Positions 51,315 to 61,255 of a stretch of 64,000 bases of DNA are shown one piece after another; position 1 is the first letter of the stretch, and the number at the start of each line of letters is the position of its first letter. This stretch comes from Gammaproteobacteria bacterium Ga0074134 (GTDB lineage: Bacteria > Pseudomonadota > Gammaproteobacteria > Ga0077554 > Ga007554). The notes beneath the pieces are model-generated. The model did no database searches. It saw nothing but the letters and a program-made list of their open reading frames with translations, and was not told where the DNA came from. The position numbers and the translations under genes were made by a program. The stretch covers positions 5 through 64,004 of the forward strand of contig LNEJ01000059.1 in the NCBI GenBank assembly GCA_001464965.1. The letters are read 5' to 3'.

Positions 51315-52649
51315 TCAGTTGACTTGACGCGTGATTTCCGGTGGTTTGATAAATGTATCAATCCCCAGGCGGGTTTGTATAAGCTTTTGGTGGGACTGCG
51401 CTTCGTTCTTGTTGGCAAAAGGGCCGGCCAGGACGCGATATCCTCCTGGCATGGCAACATGCAGTGCCGGAATGGGTGGTCCCAGGTGGCGCAGCATTGC
51501 GGTTAAGCGATGCACCTTGTCCATGTTTTTGAAGTTGCCGGCCTGCACATACCATTGCTTGGCATCGAACACCGCTACTTCGGCTGGAGGCGATGGCGCA
51601 TCAATATTTTCTGCGTTGGCGCTATGTGCGGGCACTGTGCTGGCGGGCGGCGGTGCTTTCTGGGGCTCGTTGACCACAGGGAGATCCGTCATGATCTCTT
51701 CCAGTGCAGGGCTGCCAGCTGAGATGGGTAGAGGGTACCCTCCCCCGCGCCTGGTGATGCGAATGACATTTCGCCAGTTAATGTCGCGGCGCTTCTCACC
51801 CGAGGCGCCAATAATGACATTGACGACGGGTGTCAGATTGCCATCCAGTACTTTGGCGTCTTCTTCCAGCGGCTTGTGTGTTTCCAGATACAATGTGCCA
51901 TCCCGCCAGCCGGCAAGGTACGGTTGATTCGATATCTGGACGGACACGCCGACAGGGATCTGGTCGAACAGCCTGGCGATATCCTCGGGGTAAAGATGAA
52001 TGCACCCATGGCTGACGCGCATGCCTATGCCGGAAGGTTTGTTGGTGCCATGGATGAGGTAGCCGGGCAGGCCAAGCCGGAAGGCGAATTGTCCCAACGG
52101 ATTGTCGGGGCCGGCGGGTACCACCGGCGGTAACGGTTCGCCCTTTTTGGCGTGCTCTTCCTGAATTGAGACGGGAACAGTCCAGACGGGATCTTTCTGT
52201 TTTGAAACTATGCGGGTGGTGCCCACAGGGGTGGACCAGCCCTCCTTGCCGATGCCTATCGGGTGCGTGATGACCACGGCGGACTCTCCCGGCTTGGGCG
52301 CGGGATAATAAAACATGCGCATCGTGGCGATGTTCAGGACGATACCTTGCCGTGGCGCGTTGGGAAGGATGAATTGGGTTGGCAGCAATACCGGCGTCCC
52401 GGCGCCGGGCAGCCAGGGATCCACGGTAGGGTTGGCATCGGTGATTTCGTTATAGCCCAGATTGTAGCGCCGCGCGATGTCCAGCAGGGTGTCTTCCTGG
52501 CGGGCCATTACCACGCGCAGGTCGCCGACAACATCGGTGCCGGGCGGGGGTAAGGGAAACGTGTCCGCGAGAGCCGGTGAGCCGAGGAATGTCAGCATGC
52601 CGGCCAGGAAATATTTGTGCAAAGCCGCGTTTGCTTGAAATGTCATCAT
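51315..52649 (-). CDS. ErfK/YbiS-type L,D-transpeptidase with LysM-like N-terminus and C-terminal SPOR domain
   Basis: DTLLDIARRY..G, ANPTVDPWLP, IHGTNKPSGIGMRVSHGCI; SPOR-like WYVQAGNF...YRVLAGPF. Confidence 0.9.
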   Translation of the reverse strand: MMTFQANAALHKYFLAGMLTFLGSPALADTFPLPPPGTDVVGDLRVVMARQEDTLLDIARRYNLGYNEITDANPTVDPWLPGAGTPVLLPTQFILPNAPRQGIVLNIATMRMFYYPAPKPGESAVVITHPIGIGKEGWSTPVGTTRIVSKQKDPVWTVPVSIQEEHAKKGEPLPPVVPAGPDNPLGQFAFRLGLPGYLIHGTNKPSGIGMRVSHGCIHLYPEDIARLFDQIPVGVSVQISNQPYLAGWRDGTLYLETHKPLEEDAKVLDGNLTPVVNVIIGASGEKRRDINWRNVIRITRRGGGYPLPISAGSPALEEIMTDLPVVNEPQKAPPPASTVPAHSANAENIDAPSPPAEVAVFDAKQWYVQAGNFKNMDKVHRLTAMLRHLGPPIPALHVAMPGGYRVLAGPFANKNEAQSHQKLIQTRLGIDTFIKPPEITRQVN

Positions 52650-52816
52650 GATTTAACAGCCTCCTTGCGCGAGTGATGGTTGCATGGCGAAGCGGGCATC
52701 CGTGCCCGTCCTTCAATCCAGGAATGGGCGCTGCCTCTATATTGCAACAAAGAAATACTATTTTCCAGCATTTCACCGTGTTTTGTGGCATGCTTTGAGT
52801 GAAAAACGTGCTGTGC

Positions 52817-52832
52817 TGGCATCTTAACTGCT
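52817..52832 (+). promoter_or_regulatory. Possible sigma54 -24/-12 promoter upstream of maf
   Basis: TGGCAT-CTTAA-CTGCT with exact GG-N10-GC spacing. Confidence 0.35.
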
Positions 52833-52854
52833 TAGAATCCGAAATTTTTTTCCA

Positions 52855-53445
52855 ATGCAAGGTTTTCATATTTATCTGGCTTCATCATCACCCCGGCGGC
52901 GCACGTTGCTCGAGCAGATCGGTATACGCTACCGTACTCTGGCCGTGGATGTCGATGAAGGTGTGCATTTGTATGAAACGCCTGAAATGTATGTGCTGCG
53001 CCTGGCTCTGGAAAAGGCGCGCGCCGGTTGGCGGTCGCTGGACCCGCAGACGCGCCGGCCAGTGCTAGGCGCGGATACGGCCGTCGTGATTGACGGCGAG
53101 GTGCTGGGCAAGCCGCATGACCGCGAACATGCGCTGGCGATGCTGGCGCGGATCTCTGGACGCGGCCATCAGGTTTTGACCGCTGTGGCGCTGGTGGATG
53201 ATGAACGGGAGGCGGCGCGCCTGAGTGTCAGCACGGTTACTTTCCGCGCTATCGCGGCGGCGGAACGCGAGGCTTATTGGGACAGTGGCGAGCCGTTTGA
53301 TAAGGCGGGAGGCTACGCCATCCAGGGCCGCGCGGCGGTTTTTATCTCGCGCCTGGAAGGGAGTTTCTCCGGCGTGATGGGGCTGCCGCTGTATGAAACT
53401 GCCGAGCTGTTGGGTGAGTTTGGGGTCGATGTTTTTGGATATTGA
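52855..53445 (+). CDS. maf: Maf/YhdE nucleoside triphosphate pyrophosphatase
   Basis: [23 protein letters not shown] and VMGLP. Confidence 0.95.
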   Translation: MQGFHIYLASSSPRRRTLLEQIGIRYRTLAVDVDEGVHLYETPEMYVLRLALEKARAGWRSLDPQTRRPVLGADTAVVIDGEVLGKPHDREHALAMLARISGRGHQVLTAVALVDDEREAARLSVSTVTFRAIAAAEREAYWDSGEPFDKAGGYAIQGRAAVFISRLEGSFSGVMGLPLYETAELLGEFGVDVFGY

Positions 53446-53523
53446 CGGGCTCTGTATTTTTGCCGCATAAGCGCGAATTATCTGTGGTCTCGGTGCGAAT
53501 AAAAAATTTTTCAGGACAAATGC

Positions 53524-54996
53524 GTGAGTGAGGAAATACTGATCAATGTCACGCCACGTGAAACACGCGTGGCGACTGTCGAAAACGGCGTTCTGCAGGA
53601 GGTGTGCATCGAGCGCACCGGGCGCCGCGGTCTGGTGGGCAATATTTACAAGGGCAAGGTCAGCCGGGTCTTGCCGGGGATGCAGGCGGCTTTTGTCGAG
53701 GTTGGCCTGGAGCGGGCCGCATTCCTGCACGCATCGGATATATCGGCGTCGCCTATGCCCGGTGAGGAAAAGCCTGCCGAGAGCAAAAAAACAGAGGTGA
53801 TCACCGATCTGCTCAGAGAGGGGCAGGAGGTGCTGGTGCAGGTGGTGAAAGACCCGCTGGGCAGCAAAGGGGCGCGCCTGACTACGCATATCTCCATTCC
53901 GTCGCGCTATCTGGTGTTGATGCCGGGGATCCGTACTGTTGGAGTATCGCAACGCATCGAGAATGAGCAGGAAAGGCAGCGTCTCAAGGAGGTTGCTGCG
54001 TCTTTTTTGTCCGGTGTGGATGAGGGTTTTATCGTGCGTACCGCGGCGGAAGGGGCTACGGAGGAGGCCTTGCGCGCGGACATGGAATTTCTGTGTCGTT
54101 TGTGGGAGTCGATCCGCGAGCGTATTCCTTCACTGCCCCCGGGCGCGGTGGTGCACGAAGATCTGCCCCTGGGTTTGCGCATTCTGCGTGACCTGGTGGC
54201 CAGTGCGGTGGAAAAGGTGCGCATCGATTCACGCGAGACCCATCGCCGTGCAGTCGAGTTCGCCGAGAATTTTATTCCTGACCTGGTGCCGCGCATAGAA
54301 TACTACCCCGGCGAGCGCCCGATTTTTGATCTGTATTCCGTGGAGGATGAAATCCAGAAGGCGCTGGAGTCCAAGGTTCAACTCAAGTCGGGTGGTTATC
54401 TGGTCATTGATCAGACCGAGGCGATGACCACTATTGATGTGAACACCGGCTCGTTCGTCGGGCATCGCAATCTGGAAGAGACCATCTTCAAGACCAATCT
54501 TGAGGCGGCGCAGTCGATCGCGCGCCAACTGCGTTTGCGCAATTTGGGCGGCATCATCATCATCGATTTTATCGACATGACCGAAGAGGATCACAAGCGC
54601 CAGGTGTTGCGTGCCCTTGAGAAAAGCCTGGAGCGCGATCATGCCAAATGCTATATCAGTGGCGTTTCGGCACTGGGGCTGGTTGAGATGACGCGCAAAC
54701 GCACCCGCGAGAGTCTGGCCCACGTAATGTGCGCGCCATGCCCTGCCTGCAGCGGGCGCGGAATACTGAAGACGCCGGAAACCGTATGTTATGAAATTTT
54801 CCGTGAAATTTTGCGCGCTGTGCGCCAGTTCGATGCAAAGCAGCTCTTGGTGCTGGCGCCACAGGTCGTGGTGGATATGTTGCTGGAGGAGGAGTCGGCT
54901 ACCGTTGCCGAACTGGAGGCATTCATCGGCAAGCCGATAAAGTTCCAGGTAGAGTCACTTTATGCCCAAGAGCAGTTCGATGTCGTACCCATGTAA
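53524..54996 (+). CDS. rng: Ribonuclease G
   Basis: GNIYKG, TTIDVNTG and LRNLGGIIIIDFIDM. Confidence 0.96.
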   Translation: MSEEILINVTPRETRVATVENGVLQEVCIERTGRRGLVGNIYKGKVSRVLPGMQAAFVEVGLERAAFLHASDISASPMPGEEKPAESKKTEVITDLLREGQEVLVQVVKDPLGSKGARLTTHISIPSRYLVLMPGIRTVGVSQRIENEQERQRLKEVAASFLSGVDEGFIVRTAAEGATEEALRADMEFLCRLWESIRERIPSLPPGAVVHEDLPLGLRILRDLVASAVEKVRIDSRETHRRAVEFAENFIPDLVPRIEYYPGERPIFDLYSVEDEIQKALESKVQLKSGGYLVIDQTEAMTTIDVNTGSFVGHRNLEETIFKTNLEAAQSIARQLRLRNLGGIIIIDFIDMTEEDHKRQVLRALEKSLERDHAKCYISGVSALGLVEMTRKRTRESLAHVMCAPCPACSGRGILKTPETVCYEIFREILRAVRQFDAKQLLVLAPQVVVDMLLEEESATVAELEAFIGKPIKFQVESLYAQEQFDVVPM

Positions 54997-55043
54997 ATAG
55001 GGCGCATCCGCGTACCCACTAACGTCCACTGTCAAATATTTTT

Positions 55044-58000
55044 GTGAAGCCGCTTCAAAGGATAGTCCGTTATTGCCGCTCGCTGGCGTGGCCGCTGTTT
55101 GCCGCCACGGTGGTGTTGCTGGCGGTGGTGTTCACCCTGGCGCGCCTGTGGTTGCCGGAGGCGGGGCAATACCGCGAGGATATTCAGCGCTGGGTGTCTG
55201 AGTATACTGGGTTGCCGGTCACCGTGGGCGCTATTCATATGCAATGGCAAGGGTTGCGTCCACGTCTTGCGCTAAGGGATATCTGCCTGCTGGAAAAACA
55301 GGGCCCGCGTCCCGTAATGTGTTTTAAGGAGGCGCAGCTTTCCATTGATCTGGCCGCGTCCGTGTGGCAAGGCAGACCCGAACCCAGCGATTTAACCGTG
55401 GCGGGTGCCAATCTCTCCGTGCTGCGGCAGTTGGACGGTAGTTTTACTATCGCTGGCCTGGAAGGCATGCCGCCCGACCCTCATCTTCAGGAGATGTTGC
55501 AGCAATGGTTGCTGAGCCAGACCTATCTGATTGTCAAAAACAGCCAGTTGCACTGGCGCGATATGAGCACCGGCCGGGAGCGGCATTTCACCAGCGTCAA
55601 CCTGGATCTGCGCAATGATGGACAACGGCACCGGTTGTCAGGTGCCATCGTCCTGCCGGCTAGCCTTGGCAACAAGATTACCTTTGCGCTTGATCTGACG
55701 GGCAACGTGTTTGAGGCGAATGCCTGGTCAGGCACGGGGTACGTGGATGGCTCGACGGTGAATCTTGGGCAGTGGCTTGATGGGCGCGAGGTAATGGGCC
55801 TCACCGCAGGTGATGGCATTGCCGATGTCAAGTTGTGGGCCGAATGGAGGCATGCCCGCCTGCAACGGCTGACAGGCGAAGCGGGCGCCCGTGATTTACG
55901 CTTGATGGCAGGTCAGCGGCCAGAGGGCAGTGCCACCCTGTCTCTGGCGCCTGTCGATATCGCCACGCTCTCCGGGCGCTTTGCCTGGCAGCGTCAGATA
56001 CGCCAGGGATGGAAGCTTGATGTAGATCGCTTTGTGCTTGCGCGCAACGGCAGCACCCTATTGCCCGCCACTTCTTTTAAGGTCGCCATGACGCGAGACG
56101 GGCAGGCGTCCATGCTGGAAGCGGGCGTTGGCCGGTTGCGGTTGCAGGACGCAACGGCGTTGCTGACGTTAAGCGATATGCTCGACACTTCCAGCCGCAA
56201 TGCCTTGGCAGCATTACAGCCCGGCGCCGATCTGCGTGATGCCTATATCCGTTTCCGGTCTGGCGAGGGAGTGGAACCTTCCTATGCCGCCCACGCCCAG
56301 TTTCAAAATCTCGTTATGCGGCGCTGGAAAAAAATCCCCGCCATTGCGGGCGCCGGCCTGAGTGGCGTGCTGCGCATGAATGATCAATCCGGTGTGATTG
56401 CGCTGGCAGGGGCCGGCTTGAAACCCGCAGCGACCATTGTTGATTTCGGCACGCTGTTTCGTGGCCCCTTGTCGGTCGATAGCCCGGCGGGCCATGTCGC
56501 CTGGCGTCACCAGGGGGACGTATGGCGCGTGCAGGCCAGCGATTTGGTGTTGCGCAACGCGGACTTGAGGGGGCATATCAATGGCGTGGTGGATATCCCG
56601 GAAAATGGGTCGCCCTTTCTCAATATTGTGGCCAATTTTGAAAACGGCAATGTGGAGCACACGTCGCGTTACCTGCCCGTCGATGTCATGCCGGTTGATG
56701 TCGTGCAGTGGCTGGATAGGTCCATAGTCAGCGGGCGAGTCACGTCGGGGGGGATGGTGCTGCATGGTCGTGTCAGTGACTTTCCTTACCTTCACGGCAC
56801 AGGCCGCTTTGAGGTGCGCTTTAATGTCATCGACGGCATTCTTGATTATGCCCCCGGCTGGCCGCGTCTGGAAGAGATCGAAACCGAGGTTGTTTTCAGC
56901 GGCCACAGCATGGAAATCAACGCCGTTGGCGGTAAGGCTTTCGCTTCAGTGATCCATCAAACCCGCGTTGCAATTAGTGACATGGAAGCAACACCGGCCA
57001 TTCTTGCCATTCATGGCAAGGCGCAGGGGCCAACGGGTGATGCGCTGCGCTTTGTCATGGAAAGCCCGCTCCACGAAACCCTTGGCAAGTATCTCGACAA
57101 AGCCCGCGCCGGTGGGCACAGCACGCTTGACCTCGATGTGCGCATGCCACTGTCATCGCAGTATTCAAATCAAATCAAGGGCGTGGTGAGCTTCGATAAC
57201 AGCACCCTGGTTTTCGCCGATGGCGATCTTGAGCTGGCGCACGTGAACGGCGTGCTGGGCTTTACCGAGTCCAGCCTGACAGCGCGCGGCGTCCATGCCC
57301 GGCTGCTGGGCATGGACGCCGTCATCGACGTGGATACGCCATCTTCATCGCAGGAGGGAGTGCTCCGTTTTGGCGCGCGCGGCAAAGCTACGACTAACGA
57401 TCTTGTGCGGCAATTTAAATCCCCGCTTTTGAAGCACCTCGAAGGCGGCGCGGATTGGCTGGCCACGTTGCGTATTCGCGAGAGCCAGGATAAAACAATG
57501 AGCGCGGGATTGCGCGTTGAGTCTGATCTGAAAGGCATGGCGGTAACACTCCCTGATCCGCTGGACAAAACCGCGGCACAGCGGCGCGCGCTGGTGGTTG
57601 AAACCGCTTTTCCGCGGACGCAGGGCACACCATTTACTGTGCAGTATGGCGACAACCTGAGAAGCATTTTTACGATTGCCGCCAATAATGACCTGGAGCG
57701 TGGCGAGCTGCGTTTTGGCGGTGGCGAGGCGGTGCTTCCCGAGCGGAAAGGTCTGCGCATCGCGGGGGAGATGCCGCGCATCTCCGCGACAGAATGGATG
57801 TCCTTTCTGAAGCCGGCCAAAGACAGTGCCGCTGCGGCGCCAACTCACGATTTAAGCAGCATTGATCTGCGTGCCGGTGAGCTGGAAATTTTCGGTCAGC
57901 GCTTCAGCAGTATCGACTTGCGGGCCGAGAATACGCCACAGGCTTGGACCGCCAATGTTGATAGCGCCAGACTGGCGGGCAGCTTGCGGTTTCCTCATGC

Positions 58001-58913
58001 GCCGTCCTCCCCTGTTGTGGCGGATCTGGAACGTCTTGCCCTGGAAAAAATACCGGAAGGAACAGAAGGCGCAGGCGGGGGTGACATTGAGGCCGATCCG
58101 CGCCAGGTTCCGCCCTTGCGCCTGCAAGCCAAGAATTTTTCTTACGCAGGCAACAATTTTGGCGCTCTCACCGTAGCGACATCCCAGCGTCCCGGCGGGC
58201 TGCATCTGGACAGCCTTGCCATGGTGTCCGGCACCTTGCGCATTACCTCGTCGGGTGATTGGACGATCGACAAGGGTCAGCAGGCGTCATCCTTTACTAT
58301 CGCCATGGAGAGTGACGATCTTGAGCAGGCTTTCGCCCTGTTTGGTCATGCGGGCGCCATCGAGAACGGCAAAGGCCGCAGCGATATCGTGGCGCGTTGG
58401 GCCGGAGCGCCCGGTGCGTTTGCATACGAGCGGCTCAATGGCAGCCTGCGCTTGAGTTTCAAAAAAGGACGGGTGCTTGGTATCGAGCCCGGCGCGGGGC
58501 GGGTGTTCGGCCTGCTGGGGACGCTCAACTTCAATGACCTGTTCTCCAAAGGCTTCACGTTCGACCGCGTCGAAGGGGATTTTTCCATCAAGAATGGCAA
58601 TGCCTACACCGACAATCTTGCCATGGAGGGACCGGTGGCCAAGGTTGCCATTCAAGGCCGGGTGGGTTTGGCGGCCAAGGATTACGATCAGCGCGTCACC
58701 GTCACGCCACGCTCATCCACCACACTACCCCTGGCGGGCGCCTTGGCGGGGGGGCTGCCTCTCGGCGCGGCGGTGTTGTTGTTTCAAAAACTTTTACAGC
58801 CCGGCCTTGACCGCCTTACCCGCTACCAATACACAGTGAAAGGCTCGTGGGATAATCCCGTCATTGATGTGCCAGCCGGCGAAAAAAAGACGAATACGGC
58901 GCCGGGAAAGTAA
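55044..58913 (+). CDS. yhdP: YhdP AsmA-like periplasmic lipid-transport bridge protein
   Basis: 1289 aa; N-terminal TM helix; C-terminal GAGRVFGLL and YTVKGSWDNP; follows rng. Confidence 0.9.
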   Translation: MKPLQRIVRYCRSLAWPLFAATVVLLAVVFTLARLWLPEAGQYREDIQRWVSEYTGLPVTVGAIHMQWQGLRPRLALRDICLLEKQGPRPVMCFKEAQLSIDLAASVWQGRPEPSDLTVAGANLSVLRQLDGSFTIAGLEGMPPDPHLQEMLQQWLLSQTYLIVKNSQLHWRDMSTGRERHFTSVNLDLRNDGQRHRLSGAIVLPASLGNKITFALDLTGNVFEANAWSGTGYVDGSTVNLGQWLDGREVMGLTAGDGIADVKLWAEWRHARLQRLTGEAGARDLRLMAGQRPEGSATLSLAPVDIATLSGRFAWQRQIRQGWKLDVDRFVLARNGSTLLPATSFKVAMTRDGQASMLEAGVGRLRLQDATALLTLSDMLDTSSRNALAALQPGADLRDAYIRFRSGEGVEPSYAAHAQFQNLVMRRWKKIPAIAGAGLSGVLRMNDQSGVIALAGAGLKPAATIVDFGTLFRGPLSVDSPAGHVAWRHQGDVWRVQASDLVLRNADLRGHINGVVDIPENGSPFLNIVANFENGNVEHTSRYLPVDVMPVDVVQWLDRSIVSGRVTSGGMVLHGRVSDFPYLHGTGRFEVRFNVIDGILDYAPGWPRLEEIETEVVFSGHSMEINAVGGKAFASVIHQTRVAISDMEATPAILAIHGKAQGPTGDALRFVMESPLHETLGKYLDKARAGGHSTLDLDVRMPLSSQYSNQIKGVVSFDNSTLVFADGDLELAHVNGVLGFTESSLTARGVHARLLGMDAVIDVDTPSSSQEGVLRFGARGKATTNDLVRQFKSPLLKHLEGGADWLATLRIRESQDKTMSAGLRVESDLKGMAVTLPDPLDKTAAQRRALVVETAFPRTQGTPFTVQYGDNLRSIFTIAANNDLERGELRFGGGEAVLPERKGLRIAGEMPRISATEWMSFLKPAKDSAAAAPTHDLSSIDLRAGELEIFGQRFSSIDLRAENTPQAWTANVDSARLAGSLRFPHAPSSPVVADLERLALEKIPEGTEGAGGGDIEADPRQVPPLRLQAKNFSYAGNNFGALTVATSQRPGGLHLDSLAMVSGTLRITSSGDWTIDKGQQASSFTIAMESDDLEQAFALFGHAGAIENGKGRSDIVARWAGAPGAFAYERLNGSLRLSFKKGRVLGIEPGAGRVFGLLGTLNFNDLFSKGFTFDRVEGDFSIKNGNAYTDNLAMEGPVAKVAIQGRVGLAAKDYDQRVTVTPRSSTTLPLAGALAGGLPLGAAVLLFQKLLQPGLDRLTRYQYTVKGSWDNPVIDVPAGEKKTNTAPGK

Positions 58914-58918
58914 TAATC

Positions 58919-59083
58919 TTAGAACCTGTTCACGATCTCGATCAAGGGAAGAGCGCAGCGAAGGGTTCCCAGTGCAAGGCAAAATCGAGCGAAAAAGCGG
59001 AGCATACACGAAGTATGTGAGCATTTTGAGTTCGATTTTAACGCCGCAATGTGCCCTTCAGCGAGATCGTGAACAGGTTCTTA
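58919..59083. mobile_element. MITE with 19-bp terminal inverted repeats and TTA target-site duplication
   Basis: TTA-GAACCTGTTCACGATCTCG ... CGAGATCGTGAACAGGTTC-TTA; the right TTA is the psd stop codon. Confidence 0.85.
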
Positions 59084-59977
59084 GCGGCCTGCCGGGTCAA
59101 ACGTCCCCATCAGCTGCCCCATGTTGACCGGGGCATCCGGCTGGAGGGTCGCAGCGAGGTCGACGCAATCCGCGCCGAACAGCACGATCACCGTCGAGCC
59201 CATATTAAAGCGACCCATTTCCGCGCCGTGCTCCAGCGTGATGGGCGAATCGCGGTAGTCCCAGGTCTGCGGGGTGGTGCTGGGATGAGGATTGACCAGG
59301 CCCGACCAGACGGTTTCGATACCCGCGACGAACAGCGCGCCGACCAGGATCAGCGCCATCGGTCCGGCAGGGGTATCAAAAATCGTGACCAGCCGCTCGT
59401 TGCGCGCGAACAGGCCGGGCACATAGCGTGTGGTGCGCGGGTTGACGCTGAACAGGCGGCCGGGGATATACGCCATTTCCTGCAGGTGTCCGGTCAACGG
59501 CATGTGGATGCGGTGGTAGTCCTTGGGGGAGAGGTAGAGCGTGGCATAGCGCCCGCCGGCGAACAGGGCTGCCCGCTCCGGGGAGCCGCCCAGCAGGGTC
59601 TCCAGGCTGTAATCGTGTCCTTTGGCCTGGAAGATTCGTCCGTCCACGATATCACCGGCCTGACTCACCGCGCCATCCACCGGGCAGGCGATTTCGCTTG
59701 GGCCGTGTGCTATTGGGCGTGCCCCAGGTTTCAGGGCGCGAGTGAAAAACGTGTTGAAGTCCGGGTAGGCAAGCGGGTCGGGCTCCAGGGCGATGCCCAT
59801 GTCCACCTGGTAACGCTTGATAAACCACCGGATCTGCCATTTTTTCCAGGCGGGCCAGCGCGCGCGCGTCAGGATATACATAAGCTGCGTCAGCCAATGG
59901 TGCGGCAGCGGGTACTGGGTGATCAGGGTTTTCAGCTGGTCAGAGAGTGAAGAGGACGTAATCGGCGAATCAGCCAT
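59081..59977 (-). CDS. psd: Phosphatidylserine decarboxylase proenzyme
   Basis: FNTFFTRALK, YLSPKDYHRIH, NER and the cleavage motif RFNMGST. Confidence 0.95.
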   Translation of the reverse strand: MADSPITSSSLSDQLKTLITQYPLPHHWLTQLMYILTRARWPAWKKWQIRWFIKRYQVDMGIALEPDPLAYPDFNTFFTRALKPGARPIAHGPSEIACPVDGAVSQAGDIVDGRIFQAKGHDYSLETLLGGSPERAALFAGGRYATLYLSPKDYHRIHMPLTGHLQEMAYIPGRLFSVNPRTTRYVPGLFARNERLVTIFDTPAGPMALILVGALFVAGIETVWSGLVNPHPSTTPQTWDYRDSPITLEHGAEMGRFNMGSTVIVLFGADCVDLAATLQPDAPVNMGQLMGTFDPAGR

Positions 59978-60086
59978 GCGGATAATGAGTCCCTGTTTTA
60001 TAGTCAAGCGCCTAACTGTACCAAATATGACCGGTTTTGGGCAGCATTGCGTGGTAATTAATCAAGGCGGTTGCTAGAATTTGAAT

Positions 60087-60581
60087 ATGGATGAGGAACT
60101 TAACACATTGTCCGCGCAGGTTGGCGATGCCTTGCGGCGCCATGGCTTCATGCTCGCCACCGCCGAGTCCTGCACGGGTGGCTGGGTGGCGCAGACCGTG
60201 ACGGCGGTGGCGGGTAGTTCGCGGTGGTTTGAGCGCGGTTTTGTCACCTACACCAATATCGCCAAGCAGGAGATGCTGGGAGTGCGTGCCGCCACCCTGG
60301 CCGAATTTGGCGCGGTCAGTGAGCAGACGGTGCGCGAGATGGCCCAAGGTGCGCTCAACAATAGCCATGCCCAGATCAGTCTTGCCATCAGCGGTATCGC
60401 CGGGCCGGGCGGGGCCAGCCTCGACAAGCCGGTGGGAATGGTGTGTTTTGCATGGGCGGGGATTGACAGGCCCGTGCGCAGCCGCACTGAACACTTTATG
60501 GGCAACCGCGAGGTGGTGCGGCGTCAGGCGGTGTTGACCGCTTTGCGTGGCGTGCTGACGGCCATTGATGAAAAGCCCTGA
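60087..60581 (+). CDS. pncC: CinA C-terminal domain / NMN amidohydrolase
   Basis: AESCTGG, GAVSE and SGIAGPGG. Confidence 0.92.
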   Translation: MDEELNTLSAQVGDALRRHGFMLATAESCTGGWVAQTVTAVAGSSRWFERGFVTYTNIAKQEMLGVRAATLAEFGAVSEQTVREMAQGALNNSHAQISLAISGIAGPGGASLDKPVGMVCFAWAGIDRPVRSRTEHFMGNREVVRRQAVLTALRGVLTAIDEKP

Positions 60582-61167
60582 ACAACAATTACAGAACACC
60601 CCGGTGGAGCAAGCCAAGGAGGACGGGACTCAGCGGCTGTTTTTCGCGCTATGGCCGGACGATGCCCTGCGCCGGCGGTTGGCCGGGCTTGCGGAGGATA
60701 TCGGTTCGCGCGTAACAGGCCGGGTTGTGGCGGCGGACAACCTGCATATCACGCTGGTCTTTCTTGGTGCCCTGAACGGCGTGCGCAGGCAATGTGCGGA
60801 AGAGGTGGCGGCAGCCATCCGGAGTGAGCGGTTTACGTTGACGCTGGACCGGCTGGGGTATTGGTCCACGCCTCGCATCCTGTGGGCCGGTTCGATGCAG
60901 GTGCCGGAGGCATTGCAATCGCTGGCGGGTGCGTTGCAGGCCGGCTTGGCGAGCTGCGGCATCCCCCTCGAAACCCGGCCCTACCAGCCCCATTTGACGC
61001 TCATGCGCAAGGTGAACCGCCGGCCGACCGCAGCCGTCATCGACCCCATAAGCTGGAATGTCGAGCGGTTTTGCCTGGTGGAATCTGTCTCCGGGAGCAG
61101 GGGTGTGAGTTACCGCGTGCTGGCGTCCTGGCGATTGGAATTATTGTCTGCAACTCTTTTTCCATAG
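60568..61167 (+). CDS. thpR: RNA 2',3'-cyclic phosphodiesterase (2H family)
   Basis: RLFFAL, HITLVFLG and PHLTL. Confidence 0.92.
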   Translation: MKSPEQQLQNTPVEQAKEDGTQRLFFALWPDDALRRRLAGLAEDIGSRVTGRVVAADNLHITLVFLGALNGVRRQCAEEVAAAIRSERFTLTLDRLGYWSTPRILWAGSMQVPEALQSLAGALQAGLASCGIPLETRPYQPHLTLMRKVNRRPTAAVIDPISWNVERFCLVESVSGSRGVSYRVLASWRLELLSATLFP

Positions 61168-61255
61168 TTTTGTCGAACCGCGCAGCACCGATGGAATGTG
61201 AATATTCCTGGCATACCGGCGGTTTTTGACAATGTGTCACAAAGGTAGATAGATA

